A stretch of 64,000 nt of DNA from Eledone cirrhosa (taxonomy: Eukaryota): positions 290,470,001-290,534,000 of the forward strand of contig OZ024742.1 in NCBI GenBank assembly GCA_964016885.1. Direction: 5' to 3'. The position numbers were made by a program, and so were the translations under genes. The notes below the pieces were generated by a model. The model saw nothing but the letters and a program-made list of their open reading frames with translations. It searched no databases and was not told the DNA's origin. Below, piece by piece: positions 39,944-55,500 of the stretch (position 1 is its first letter; each line of letters opens with the position of its first letter).

Positions 39944-40128
39944 TTGTTTCTACATTTGGCACAAGGCCAGTAATTATCCCAGTGCATTACTGGTACTTTA
40001 TTTTATCGACCCCGTAAGGATGAAAGGCAAAGTTAACCTCAGCGAGATTTGAACTCAGAATGGCAAGGGGCGTAACTCTATGCGTCAAAGCATGGCTTCC
40101 GACCCTCTACCGATACTGCCAATCTATG
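39944..40128 (-). mobile_element. tRNA-derived SINE with 17-bp TSD
   Basis: CCTCACAGAGAAGATAA at 39927-39943 and 40129-40145; box A/B-like motifs on the - strand; same family as 4715-4930. Confidence 0.85.
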
Positions 40129-42599
40129 CCTCACAGAGAAGATAAAGGAATAAAACAAATGAGTTGAGGTTGGGCTGGGGAAGACTGTTTAATCATGGAT
40201 TAACAGTTGTATATAGATGATGATGATTATATAGGTATGTGAGGGAAAAATGAGTTAGTTTTAGGAAGACACTACAATACAAATGGAACTATGAATATTG
40301 AGTTAACTATGCAAGATAAAGAAAAAAGGAAAGTGAGAGATGAAAAAAAAACAGAACAAAAAAAAAAAAAGCAAAGAAAGCATTGCTTATGCATACGCTC
40401 AACCCACAAATCAACAACAGAATGGAACTCAGCACATATTATTTTACATAAAAGGACACACACACACACACAACAATTTACACAAGAAATTTGCTTTAAC
40501 TAGATAATACATATGGCCATTGGTGTCATCCTCCTTCTTCTCGTGGATACTACAGCAAATGTCATGCACAACGCTTGAAAGTGGTTTAGAAAATTTAAAT
40601 TTAAATCTAATTTCAAAGCAAATAGACTGGAACGTTTTGCTCTTAGAGTTCCCAATACTCCGAGGAAGGGAATTTTAAGTCCTGAAATATTAGATTGAAA
40701 GGAAAAAAAAAAGATAATAGTAGTAAATACCAAATAACTAACCTTTTCATTGACTTCATTTTACCGTTTATTTCGTATTGTCTTAGCCTTAAACATAACA
40801 CTTTCTACATTATATACTAGATACAATGCTTCAAGCAAACTACAACATTCTATTATTACAAAAATTGATGGGATTGAATGTAACCTTAGAAATATTTAAT
40901 TGTGTTGTATATTTCAGATAAGATATCACTTATCAACATAACAAAGCAAAATGCTAATTAACTTTCTGGATTGAACAGGTCTTTACAGATCAAGTTAGTA
41001 CTTATGTGGGTCTACTGACATTGCAATAGGACAGGAGTCCATATTCTTTCTTACACATGATCTCACACTCTACTGAGTTCATTTTATCATAGCATAAGCA
41101 CTAGAGGAGTTGTAATGATTTGACACAACTGAGGAGGCTTTCAAACCCTTGTTTGGCAAGCTTTCCATGGCTGGATGTCCTTCACCAACTACTTTGCAGT
41201 GTGTACTGAGTCTATTTATAGTGTAGGTCACTAACACTAGGGAGATTTTGCATGCTGTTGCTGCAACTCAAGGGTCCTCACAACCTTTTGGCATGGTCTC
41301 TAAGGCCATGTGCCCTTTATCGCCTACCACGCTTACAGGATGTACTGAGTGCATTTCCATGTTACCAACATTAGAGAGGTTGTCAGTTATTGTCCCAAAT
41401 GAAGAGCCCTCTCTGTTCTGCAAGGGTGGAGGGAGGTTAGGAGATGGGAGCTAAGCATGAAGTTATGGATGATGTATGGTGGGGTGTGATTTGATAGAAT
41501 GATGAGTAGTTTGAGGAGTGACATCTAATAGTGTCAGGATGTATAGTGATGTTGAGAATACCTAAACTGTGGTAGTGGTGGCGGTGTGATCACGTGTGTG
41601 GGGAGGGGCTGTGTAGTATTGAAGAGCTAAGAAGTGGTAGTGGAGGGGGAATTGGTAGAGAGAAATGCACATGTGTGGAGAAATAGCTACTAGGGTGCAA
41701 TAGAGAAGGTGCCTAAGGACTTTAGAGGTAGAGGGAGGTATTGCTAAGAAGTGATACTGGGATGGAAATGTGCAGTGATGGGTCAGGTTACATTTATGCT
41801 GGTGGCTGAGTCTTCAACAACTTTGTGATGTGTATATATGAAAATAACGCTAAAAGTTCGACCAGCCTGACCTCTTTTGAGAAAGGCCATGTGACAACAC
41901 AGGCAGACTTACTATAATTAAATGCCTATGTTAACAGACCAAGCCTTGGATACAAGAGAACAAAACCTGCAGAAGACAGGAACTCCAGTTCCATCATGGA
42001 AATGCACTCTTGAATTGCATATGCATTATGCAACTAATGGTGTAATTACCAGTGCCCAGAAACCTATCAAAGATTTTAATTTCTATTGATTCTAATTCAC
42101 TTGAGATGGTTCAGGTTAGTCTTCAACCTATTTGTATTTATTACTGAGGTATAAGTATGGTCACTGCCTTCAGTCGTTTTTCTTGGTGTCACACTTTATT
42201 AATTGTTGTGTTTACTCTGGAGGATAATGTTTAACTTCTCGCTCCATTGAGTGCTTTGTGATTGCCTCAAACAACTCGATTAGTACCTACAACATTGTGG
42301 CAAACAACTTTGTTAACTTGGATAGGTTCAGCCAATATTAGCTCAGGCAATGTCTAACTTAATATCATCATCAGCTGAAGCCTTTTAAATCATGCTTCAT
42401 ATATCAGTCTTATATTCGGCACCATGGCTCATTCAAGTAAGGAGTTGATGGTAGAACCATATCCATATGTAGATAGTACATCTGAAATTTTGGGGAGGAA
42501 TTTGTCCAGAAGGAATATGCATATATTAATGGTCAGTCCGCTTCTACGAAATGTAACGTATAAATAACATTTTCTTCTTGCCTCCCCACCCTTCGGTTC

Positions 42600-45500
42600 A
42601 TTCATCCATATATCTATAATCGCCCAGAATCCAAATCCTACTTCATAATTGCTATTCTATAATTCTGTCTCACTGTTCTAAAAAAATCTTCTCCATGCTT
42701 GTTCTAAATAATCTTCTCGCTACCATTTTGGCCTAAAATTTTTCCAGGATTCATAAAAATGGCCTCTCTCTCTCTCTCGGCCCTCTAAAATCGCTATCAC
42801 CCCCACTCTCTCTATCATATACGCCGCTCTCTCAATCTCTCTCTCACTCCCTCTCACTCCCTACTCGCACCAAATATAAATAAGCCTGCTCCTCGCTAAC
42901 TACCCCTGCCACCCGCCCCCACTCTCCACCTTTAATATTTGGACCAATCACAAGTCAACGGCCTATGCTATCACTTCTGGTTGCTTTTCGATATGATGGA
43001 TGGACTAGGGAATTTCTGGAGAGTCTGAAGAATCTGGACACTCGAAGACAATGCCAAAGATAACGACAAATTCACCTCATGCTGCCGGACGAAAGGGCAA
43101 TGCCCCCTCCTCTTTGTTGCAGCCACGGATGGCCAACATAACCCCAACCCCAACCCCCTCACCCATCCATGCACCCCACCCACCAAATGCAATCCAAAAC
43201 TTCAGAGTTGGTACCATGAATGTAGGCACCTTAAAAGGCCGCTCTAACGAGGTTGTAGAAATGCTTGAACGTAAGGAGGTTGATGTTTGCTGTATCCAAG
43301 AGACCAGGTGGAGGGGCGGGTCTGCTAGATTCATTGTGGGTAAAAAACGATGCTATAAGCTTTTCTGGGTGGGAAATGACAATGGGCTGGGTGGGGTAGG
43401 AATCATGTTAGCAGAAAAATGGGTGGATAAGATAATAGACGTAAATAGAGTGAATGACAGAATAATTAAAATAAGATTTGTTCTAAATAGAACTACTGTG
43501 ACGGTAATATCTGCGTACGCACCCCAATCCGGACTTCCTGGCGCTATAAAAGACAGTTTCTATGAGACACTGATGCTCACTACCTCCCAAATAACCGACA
43601 GTGACTATATAATTATTGCTGGCGACCTAAATGGTCATGTTGGACAACATTGTGACGGCTATGATGGAATCCGCGGAGGCTATGGGTTTGGTACTAGAAA
43701 TGAGGAAGGCTACAGAATCCTGGAATTCTGTGACGCAAATAACCTAACTATCTGTAACACTAACTTCAAAAAACGAGACAATCACTTGATCACCTACAGA
43801 TCAGGGGAACATACCAGCCAGGTAGATTATATCCTTACCAGAAGACGTGACAGAGTGTCTGTTGTAAACACTAAATCCCTCCCCCGTGAAGAATGCACCT
43901 CCCAACATAGACTGATAATTAGCGACCTCATAGTCAGGACGAGACGTACTCGACAGCAGAAAAGGACTATCCTCAGGAGAAAAATATGGAAGCTAAAGGA
44001 CCCCACAGCCAGAAATAAATTTAAAAGCATATTACTTGATGCTTTCGACAGTAAGGAAGAGCATTTAGAGTCGTACAATATAGAAGAACAGTGGGAATTC
44101 CTGAAAGCAAACCTGCTGATGGCGGCAGATGAAGTTTGTGACTGGAGCAGGCCTATAGGCAGGAGGAGAGTAACATGGTGGTGGGAGAGTAAGGTGGAGG
44201 AGTCAATTAAGACCAAAAAGCAGGCTTGGAAAGTATGGCGGGATGGGGGAAGTAGAGAAGACTATCAAGTGGCCAGGAGGGAAGCTAGGAGACAAGTGTA
44301 CTTCGCAAGAAGGGAAGCAGAGGAAAGAAAGTTCAAGCATGTTCTACAACGCGAGGACCAAAAACGTGAGGTGTTCAGGATTGCTAGGCAATGTGTCAAG
44401 GAAAACCGTGATATTATTGGGGAGAAGTGGGTACTTAATGATGATGGTGTACTTGCCATCACTGACGCTGATAAGAAGGTAGCTTGGAAGTGTTACTACG
44501 AAAGGCTGCTAAATGAGGAGAATAAATGGGAGAAAGACAGTCTCTCCCACATCGACCCAATAGAGGGACCAGCAGTGTTAGTCGAAGGTAGTATAATAAG
44601 TAAGGCAATGAAAGATATGAAGACAGGTAAGGCGGCTGGGCCTTCGGAAATAGTTGCTGATATGCTGAAAGCTTCTGGAACGGTGGGACACACCATGGTC
44701 ACCAGGATAGTAAACCAAGTCATACACAATGGGGTTGTTCCGAAGGACTGGCGTAGCAGCATCATCATTAACTGCTACAATGCTACAAGGGTAAAGGAGA
44801 TTCCCTAGATAGGAGTAACTATAGAGGCATTAAATTAATCGACCAGGTCATGAAGGTCACAGAAAAAGTAATAGCGCAACTAATCAGAGAGAATTGATCT
44901 AGATGAAATGCAGTTCGGGTTTGTGTCAGGCAAAAGTACCACAGACGCTCTTTTCATTGTACGACAACTACAGGAGAAGTTTCTAGCTAAAAGTAAACCC
45001 CTCTACTTAGCTTTTGTCGACTTGGAGAAAGCCTTCGACAGAGTCCCCGTTCCATTATCTGGTGGGCCCTTAGAAAACTAGGTGTCGACGAATGGCTTGT
45101 GAGAGCTATACAAGCCATGTATAAAGAAACAGTCAGCAAGGTTAGAATTAACAACGAATATAGTGAAGAGTTTAGCGTAAAAGTTGGTGTTCATCAGGGC
45201 TCCGTTCTTAGCCCCCTACTATTTATTATTGCTCTTCAGGCTTTAACAGTGGAGTTCAAGACCGGCTGCCCATGGGAACTCCTATACGCAGATGATCTAA
45301 CGCTCATAGCTGAATCAATGGCCGAACTAGAGAAGAAATTCCAAACATGGAAGCATGGCCTAGAATCAAAAGGCCTTAAAATTAACCTGTCTAAGACTAA
45401 AGTTCTAGTTTGTAGGAAGGAAAATAGGGCGCCGGTCCCGTCCGGGAAATGGCCATGCTCAGTGTGTAGGAAAGGAGTAGATAGAAACTCCATTTTATGT

Positions 45501-46616
45501 CCCAAATGCAAAGTATGGGTGCATAAAATATGTAGTGTGATCACAGGTAAGCTAACTAAGAACATAGATTTTATATGTGGCCGGTGCTCTGGTGCAATAA
45601 GTAGCAGCAAGTGCCCACAGAATACTAGCTCTTTCAATTGCACAGATGGTTCTATAGAAATAGTGGACAGCTTCCGTTACCTGGGTGACAAAATCAGCAG
45701 TGGGAGAGGGTGCTCTGAAAGTACAGTAGCTAGAGTCAGAACTGGATGGAAAAAGTTCAGAGAGCTTATACCACTATTAGCCGCTAAAGGGTTCCCCCTA
45801 AAAATGAAAGGCAGGCTGTATGATGCCTGCATACGAACAGCAATGTTGCATGGCAGTGAGACCTGGGCATTGTGTGCAGAGGATATACACAGACTAGAGA
45901 GGAACGAATCTTGCATGCTCCGCTGGATGTGTAATAGCAATATACGTGAATGGCAAAGCATAAACGAACTAAGGAAAAAATTAGAAATAAGAGGGATCAG
46001 ATGTTGTTTACTCGAGAGAAGGCTACGTTGGTATGGTCACGTGATGCGCATGAAAGACGACAGCTGTATAAAAAAGTGCAGGGCAATAAAAATAGACGCT
46101 AGCCACGGAGTAGGCAGACCCAGAAAAACCTGGGATGACTTGATAAATTCCGACCTCACACACTTAAACCTCTCCAAGACAATGTCACTGGACCGAGATC
46201 TTTGGCGCTACACAGTAATAGAGAAGACCCGCCTTACCTAAATACAAAGTAAAACCTACTACATCAGTAGGCACCTGTAACAAAATACACCCCCATCCCA
46301 CTACCCCCACCCCATCCACACAACCTTTTTCAATGTAAAGTTATGTTGGTCCCACAACATCCAGGCCGAAACAAATGAGGTCATGTAGGTGTCACGACAA
46401 AAAAACACACAGTCCACGCTGTAATGTGGCCGTGTAGGCAACACGGTAAAAACCTCCCAGTTCCATGTGGTTGGTGTTAGGAAGGGCATCCAGCCATAGA
46501 AAACCTGCCAGACAGTCCTATGCGAACAAGACAACCACTCTTGCCTCAAGTGGGAAAACTCCCGTCCAAAGCGTGGAATATGGACGTTAAACGATGATGA
46601 TGATGATGATGATGAT
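42600..46616 (+). mobile_element. Young near full-length RTE LINE (APE + RT), frameshifted; 5' boundary approximate
   Basis: ORF 43051..44808 is APE (CIQETRW, SAYAPQ, GDLNGHVG, QVDYIL); ORF 45099..46241 is RT (GVHQGSVLSP, YADD). An 8-bp duplication TGCTACAA at ~44773-44788 breaks the frame; (GAT)n tail. Confidence 0.95.
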
Positions 46617-46944
46617 ATATAACAAGGCTGTCATGTTCTGATGTTAGATTGATTGGGGGCTGTTTGGCTTTGATCAATGGTTGCTTAATACAATCTACTT
46701 AATAGCATGTACTGGGAGTATTCTACTGTGGCACCAACATTGCCACTGTCTGTCTCTCTCCATTTATCCATCCATCTATCCTTCGATCTGTCAGTCCACC
46801 CACCAGTTAGCTGAAAGAAAGATAAGTAGATAGACCACTAGCTAGACTATGGACATACATGCATGCACACACACATACATACATAATACTATTCTGCTAT
46901 GTCAATACCAACCTTGAAAATAGTATTTTTGTATTCATTTTCAG

Positions 46945-47069
46945 GAGAGACTCCATCAAAGACAGCTGTTCCTGATTCACAACAAAAACATTTGTCTCCT
47001 AGCACCAATCTGGAATATTCAAAAAATATTGATATCAAAATAATGCTTGATTCAATTTCTAATATCTCT
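46945..47069 (+). CDS. Exon C' (duplicate of exon C)
   Basis: Same splice sites, 125 nt, open; GETPSKTAVPDSQQKHLSPSTNLEYSKNIDIKIMLDSISNIS. Confidence 0.83.
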
Positions 47070-47487
47070 GTGAGTAAACAAATTTGTATCAAATATTTAA
47101 ATTTACTTATTCTATTTTCAAATAATAAACTATTTATGTTGACTGAAACAGTAAAATGCAACCTCTAAATTTTCTTCATATAAAACTGTCAATCTTTTTA
47201 ACCGTTTTTCTACCAAACCAGCTGAAACTGAAAGAGGTTGCATATCTTTGACATGACTAATAAATCCTCTTGACCCTTTGTTTAGTAATTTCTTTCTTTT
47301 AGCTTGATACCCTTTCTTTCACCAACCAGTTCACAGAATATACCGTATGCATTTTATCAAGCCACTAATACTACAGAGATTGATCTGTCATTGACACAAC
47401 TGACGAGTCCTTTTGACACATAACAACAATATGTAATTATTTTCAGTGTCCAAATTTCTTAGCTGTTACCCTAATTTACTCTTGTAG

Positions 47488-47715
47488 GTTGATGTTATTG
47501 TTAACAGCACCAATAAAGAACTCAATCTTAATTCTGGTGGTATCTCCAAATTTATTTTGCAAACTGCTGGTCCACAGATACAAGAAGAGTGCAATGCAAA
47601 TTATCCTCAAGGTATTTCTACATCTACAATAGCCGTCACAAAGGGCTATAACCTGAAATGTGAATATGTATTTCATGTTTGTTTACCTAGATGGGATAAA
47701 GATAAAGCTGATGAA
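47488..47715 (+). CDS. Exon D' (duplicate macrodomain N-half)
   Basis: Intact ag/gt, 228 nt, one difference from exon D (GAT>GAA). Confidence 0.9.
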
Positions 47716-49553
47716 GTAAGTATCAATTAAATACCATATCATCACCATCATCAACGTCTCCACCACCACCACAACCCCCACTACCACCACCATTGTCATT
47801 ATTGCTATCATTATTTTCCATTCACTTTCTATGTTGGCATAAGTTGGACAGATTGTCAGGGTTTGAGCTTTAAGAATCTCTTCAACAAACATAACACTAG
47901 ATGACTGGTTACCAAAGTGGGTTCTGCCGAACTCAAGGGTTCCGCAAAGGTGTGTCTGGGATTCCATGAAAATGGTAGAGGAGTATATTTGTATTACAAT
48001 CATAGAACAGTATTAGACAGTATTAGACTTTGGGGTTCCCCAAAATATTTCTGAACCTAAAAGTGTTCCGTGTTTGAAAAGGTTTGGAAAAGCCTGCACG
48101 AGATGAAGAAATTCATTAAATTTAGAGGATTAATGAATGACAGATATTTGAATAGATTGGTAGACCAAGCCATATATGAATATAGACCTGAATACAATGG
48201 AACACAAACTTCAGGCACCAAGCTATTAAAAATACACAAACTGGACATAAAGTATACTACTCTCGGATCACAAATGATAGGGAATAAGCCGGGAAGGTCA
48301 GTAACTTTTCTAGGTTGTCTCCATTGATTTTTCAGAAAACCAGAATTAGTTGTTTAGTTTACATATTGTGACACCAAACCATCGTATTCATTCTATAATG
48401 TATGGGATTTCAAGTAATGAAATTTTTCTTCTCATGTATAATGTTTTTTAATGTCTAAAGAAAATTAATTGTCACAGGAATGCTACTTAAAATAAAATTT
48501 CACCAGGGATAGAGTATGAAAATTTAATAAGCAGGGGATTGGAAAAAAACGGAAAAATTAATAAGTGGTGGGGGATGATTATTTGAGACACCTGAGAATA
48601 TATGAATTAAATGTATACAAACTACAAGACAGATGAATATGTAATCATAAATTTGCATCACACCAAACCATAAATTAACAGTTACAATGTACTAAAATGA
48701 ATAAACTCATTATTAACAGTATGCAAACCTAGAAATGAATAACACGATTTATTCATTTGGTTACAAAACTGAAAGTTATAAACTTCATGAAAACAACTGT
48801 TACATTGGCCATTGATGTATAACACATACATGAATGCTCACCATCCATTTACAAGACGAGAAATAGCAGCACACTACACCAGCCACCATACGAGTGAGAC
48901 CAGCCAAGCTTATGGATGTTATCCAACTATCTTGCTTGGGGTCTACCCTTGAGTCTCCTGCCGGTTGATTTTGTCTGTAAAATTTGTCCAGCATTTCTTT
49001 CCTGAGACATTCTTACCACATGCCCATAGTATTGAAGCTGTGATGTAGTGTCTCTACCTGGCGTGCCTCTCTGATCTCCGACCTACAACTTTATCGAGTA
49101 CCATTACTCCAAAGACCTTTCAGCAGAACCCTATTTTGGCCACTTGTATTTGCGATCGTATTCTTTCAGTCCTAATGCAAGATTCATGGTCATAGGTAAG
49201 GGTTGGCACGGAAATCGAATTGAAGATAGCGATTTTGGTTTTTATACCGGCCTCCCTTTTTCTGATTACTGAATGCTGAAGTGGCGCATTACTGAATCAG
49301 CTCCTGCGATGCTTGCACTTAATTCAGCCTCTTGCCTTCCATCACTCATCACAGAAGAAAAACATGTTTCATTGCTGCAAACATCCCTGTCCCATGAAAC
49401 TCTTTTCCTTCTAACATGGTTGGTTCTGCAGCTAAACTTTCAAACTTTTTCTCATTGCCAAGACAATGCTTTCTGATTCCTATTCCATGAATAATAAATA
49501 TTTCCATGGTTGTCATTCTACCAAGCTTTCTTCATTTGATCCTCCTATTATTG

Positions 49554-52500
49554 TTGCTAACCATTTTACACATCTCTTGCTAACCATTTAAACATCTCTT
49601 GCGAAACATTTGACATCTCTTGTTAACCATTTGTCACAGGTCTTGCTTACCATTTGACAGATCCCTTGCTAACCATTTGACATCTCCTTCTAACCATTTG
49701 GCATATTTCTTGCTAACCATTTAACATACTTCTTGCTAACCATTTGACATATTTGTTGCTAACCATTTTACATCTCTTGCTAACCATTTGACATATTTCT
49801 TACTAACAAATTGACATCTGCTGCTAACCATTTGACATATCTCTTGTTAACCATTTGACGCATGTCTTGATAACCATGTGACATATCTCTAGCTAACCAT
49901 TTGACTTATCTCTTGCTAGCCATGTGACACATTGATACATCTCTTGTTAACCAATTGACACATCTGTGACTAACCATGTGACATATCTTGCTAACTATTT
50001 GAAACATCCGTGGCTAACCATTTGACATATCTTTTGCTAACCATTTGACATCTTTTGCTAACCATTTGACATATCTCTTGATAACCATTTGACATATCTA
50101 TTGCTAACCATTTAACATCTCTTGCTAGCCATGTGACACATTGATATATCTCTTGCTAACCATCTGACACATCTCTTGCTAACCATTTGACATCTTTCGC
50201 TAACTATTAGACACATCTCTTGTTAACCATATGACATCTCTTGCTAACAATTTGCCACTTCTCTTGCTAACCATTTGACATCTTTTGCTAACCATTTGAC
50301 ATCGCTTGCTAACCATGTACACATCTCTTTCTAACCATTTGACACATTTCTTGCTAACCATTTGACATATCTTTTGCTAACAGTTTGACATATCTTTTGC
50401 TAAGCATTTGATATATCTGTTGCTAACTATTTGACATCTTTTCCTAACCATTTCATATCTTTTGCTAACCATTTCATACATCTTTTGTTAACAATTTGCC
50501 ATATCTCTTGCTAACCATTTGAAATCTGTCGCTAAACATTTGACACATCCCTTGCTAACCATTTGGCGTATCTCTTCCTAACTGTTTGACATCTTTTGCT
50601 AACCATTTGACATCTCTCTTGCTAACCATTTGACATCTCTCTTGCTAACCATTTGACATCTCTCTTGCTAACCATGTACACATCTCTTTCTAACCATTTG
50701 ACACATCTGTTGCTAACCATTTGACATCTCTTGCTAAATATTTTACATCTCTTGGTAACCCTTTGGCATCTCTTGCTAACCATTTGACATATCTCTTGCT
50801 AACCATTTGACATATCTCTTGCTAACCATTTGAAATCTCTCGCTAAACATTTGACATCTCTTGTTAACCATTTGTCACAGTTCTTGCTTACCATTTGACA
50901 GATCCCTTGCTAACCATTTGACAGATCCCTTGCTAACCATTTGACATCTCTTGCTAACCATTTGGCATATTTCTTGCTAACCATTTAACATACTTCTTGC
51001 TAACCATTTGACATATTTGTTGCTAACCATTTTACATCTCTTGCTAACCATTTGACATATTTCTTACTAACAAATTGACATCTGCTGCTAACCATTTGAC
51101 ATATCTCTTGTTAACCATTTGACGCATGTCTTGATAACCATGTGACATATCTCTAGCTAACCATTTGACCTATCTCTTGCTAGCCATGTGACACATTGAT
51201 ACATCTCTTGCTAACCATTTGACACATCTGTGACTAACCATGTGACATATCTTGCTAACTATTTGACACTTCTCTTGCTAACTATTTGAAACATCCGTGG
51301 CTAACCATTTGATATATCTCTTGCTAACCATTTGACATCTTTTGCTAACCATTTGACATATCTCTTGATAACCATTTGACATATCTGTTGCTAAACATTT
51401 AACATCTCTTGCTAGCCATGTGACACATTGATATATCTCTTGCTAACCATCTGACACATCTCTTGCTAACCATTTGACATCTTTTGCTAACCATTTGACA
51501 TCGCTTGTTAACCATGTACACATCTCTTGCTAACCATTTGACATCTGTTGCTAACCATTTGACATATGTTGCTAACCATTTGACATCGCTTGCTAACCAT
51601 GTACACATCTCTTTCTAACCATTTGACACATTTCTTGCTATTTGACATATCTTTTGCTAAGCATTTGATATATCTGTTGCTAACCATTTGGCATCTGTTG
51701 CTAACCATTTCACATCTTTTGCTAACCATTTCATATATCTCTTGTTAACAATTTGCCATATCTCTTGCTAACCATTTGAAATCTCTCGCTAAACATTTGA
51801 CACATCCCTTGTTAACCATTTGACGTATCTCTTCATAACTGTTTGACATCTTTTGCTAACCATTTGACCTATCTCTTGTTAACCATTTCACATATCTCTT
51901 GCTAACCATTTCACATATCTCTTGCTAACAATTTGACATCTCTTGCTAACCATTTGGCGTATCTCTTCCTAACTGTTTGACATCTTTTGCTAACTATTTG
52001 ACATCTCTCTTGCTAACCATTTGACATCTCTCTTGCTAACCATTTGACATCTCTCTTGCTAACCATGTACACATCTCTTTCTAACCATTTGACACATCTG
52101 TTGCTAACCATTTGACATCTCTTGCTAAATATTTTACATCTTTTGGTAACCCTTTGGCATCTCTTGCTAATCATTTGACATATCTCTTGCTAACCATTTG
52201 AAATCTCTCGCTAACCATTTCACACATCCCTTGCTAACCATTTGACATATCTCTTGCTCACCACTTGACATCTTTTGCTAACTATTTGACATCTCTTGCT
52301 AACCATTTGACACATCTCTAGCTAACCATTTGACATATTTCTTGTTAACCATTTGACATCTCTTGGTAACCATTTGACATCTGTTGCTAACCATGTACAC
52401 ATATTTTGCTAACTATTTAACACATTTCTTGCTAACCATTTGACATATCTTTTGCTAAGCATTTGATATATCTGTTGCTAAACATTTGGCATCTGTTGCT

Positions 52501-55500
52501 AACCATTTCACATCTTTTGCTAACCATTTCGTACATCTTTTGTTAACAATTTGACATATCTCTTGCTAACCATTTGACATCTCTAGCTAAACATTTGACA
52601 CATCCCTTGCTAACCATTTGGCGTATCTCTTCCTAACTGTTTGACATATTTTGCTAAACATTTAACATCTCTTACTAGCCATGTGACACATTGATATATC
52701 TCTTGCTAACCATCTGACACATCTCTTGCTAACCATTTGACATCACTTGCTAACCATCTGACACATCTTTTGCTAACCATTTGACATCTCTCTTGCTAAC
52801 CATTTGACATCTCTCTTGCTAACCATGTACACATCTCTTGCTAACCATTTGACATCTCTTGCTAAGTATTTTACAACTTTTGGTAACCATTTGGCATCTC
52901 TTGCTAAACATTTGACTTATCTCTTGCTAACAGTTTGACATATCTTTTGCTAAGCATTTGATATATCTGTTGCTAACTATTTGACATCTTTTCCTAACCA
53001 TTTCATACATCTTTTGTTAACCATTTGACATATCTCTTGCTAACCATTTGAAATCTCTCGCTAAACATTTGACACATCCCTTGTTAACCATTTGACGTAT
53101 CTCTTCCTAACTGTTTGAAAACTTTTGCTAACCATTTGACCTATCTCTTGTTAACCATTTCACATATCTCTTGCTAACCATTTCACATATCTCTTGCTAA
53201 CAATTTGATATCTCTTGCTAACCATTTGGCATATTTCTTGCTAACCATTTGACATACTTCTTGCTAACCATTTGACATATTTGTTGCTAACCATTTTACA
53301 TCTCTTGCTAACCATTTGACATATTTCTTACTAACAAATTGACATCTGCTGCTATCCTTTGGCATATCTCTTGTTAACCATTTGACGCATGTCCTGATAA
53401 CCATGTGACATATCTCTAGCTAACCATTTGACCTACCTCTTGCTAGCCATGTGACACATTGATATATCTCTTGCTAACCATCTGACACATCTCTTGCTAA
53501 CCATTTGACATCTTTTGTTAACCATTAGACACATCTCTTTTTAACCATATGACATCTCTTGCTAACCATTTCACATCTCTTGATAACCATTTGACCCATC
53601 TCTTGCTAACCATTTGACACATCTCTTGCTAACCATTTCACATCTCTTGATAACCATTTGACCCATCTCTTGCTAACCATTTGACACATCTCTTGCTAAG
53701 CATGTGACACATCTCTTACTAACCATTTGAAATATCTCTTGCTAACCATGTGACACATCTCTTGCTAACCATTTGACACTTCTTGCTAACCATCTCTTGC
53801 TAACCATTTGACATCTTTTGCTAACCATTAGATACATCTCTTGTTACCCATTTGACATCTCTTGCTAACCATTTGACATATCTTACTAACCATTTGCCAA
53901 ATCTCTTGCTAACCGTTTGTCACAGGTCTTGCTTACCATTTGACAGATCCCTTGCTAACCATTTGACATCTCTTGCTAACCATTTGGCATATTTCTTGCT
54001 AACCATTTTACATCTCTTGCTAACCATTTGACATATTTCTTGTTAACCATTTGACGCATGTCTTGATAACCATGTGACATATCTCTAGTTAGCCATGTGA
54101 CACATTGATACATCTCTGGCTAACCATTTGACATCTTTTGCTAACCATTTGACATATCTGTTGCTAACCATTTAACATCTCTTGCTAGCCATGTGACACA
54201 TTGATATATCTCTTGCTAACCATCTGACACATCTCTTGCTAACCATTTGACATCTTTTGCTAATCATTAGACACATCTCTTGATAACCATTTGACACTTC
54301 TCTTGCTAACCATTTGACATCTCTTGCTAACCATTTGACACATCTCTTGCTAACCATTTGACATCTGTTGCTAACCATTTGACATCACTTGCTAACCATG
54401 TACACATCTCTTTCTAACCATTTGACACATTTCTTGCTAACCATTTGAAATCTCTCGCTAAACATTTGACACATCCCTTGCTAACCATTTGACATCTCTC
54501 TTGCTAACCATTTGACATCTCTCTTGCTAACCATTTGACACATCTGTTGCTAACCATTTGACATCTCTTGCTAAATATTTACATCTCTTGGTAACCCTTT
54601 GGTATCTCTTGGTAACCATTTGACATATCTCTTGCTAACCATTTGAAATCTTTCGCTAAACATTTGACACATCCCTTGCTAACCATTTGGCGTATCTCTT
54701 GCTAACTGTTTGACATATTTTGCTAACCATTTGCCATCTCTCTTGCTAACCATTTGACATCTCTCTTGTTAACTGTCTGACATCTTTTGCTAACCATTTG
54801 ACATATCTCTTGCTCACCACTTGACATCTTTTGCTAACTATTTGACATCTCTTGCTAACCATTTGACACATCTCTTGCTAACCATTTGACACATCTCTTG
54901 CTAACCATTTGACATATTTCTTGTTAACCATTTGACATCTCTTGGTAACCATTTGACATCTGTTGCTAACCATGTACACATATTTTGCCAACTATTTAAC
55001 ATATTTCTTGCTAACCATTTGACATATCTTTTGCTAAGCATTTGATATATCTGTTGCTAAACATTTGGCATCTGTTGCTAACCATTTCACATCTTTTGCT
55101 AACCATTTCATACATCTTTTGTTAACAATTTGACATATCTCTTGCTCACCATTTGAAATCTCTCGCTAAACATTTGACACATCCCTTGCTAACCATTTGG
55201 CGTATCTCTTCCTAACTGTTTGACATATTTTGCTAACCATTTAACATCTCTTGCTAGCCATGTGACACATTGATATATCTCTTGCTAACCATCTGACACA
55301 TTTCTTGCTAACCATTTGACATCACTTGCTAACCATCTGACACATCTTTTGCTAACCATTTGACATCTCTCTTGCTAACCATTTGACATCTCTCTTGCTA
55401 AACATTTGACTTCTCTTGCTAACCATGTACACATCTCTTGCTAACCATTTGACATCTCTTGCTAAGTATTTTACAACTCTTGGTAACCATTTGGCATCTC

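Noticed and set aside
40918-40962. Possible extra exon after tttcag (DKISLINITKQNAN)
   Set aside because: Hits TAA in the phase required by exon F, and F joins C' in frame without it.
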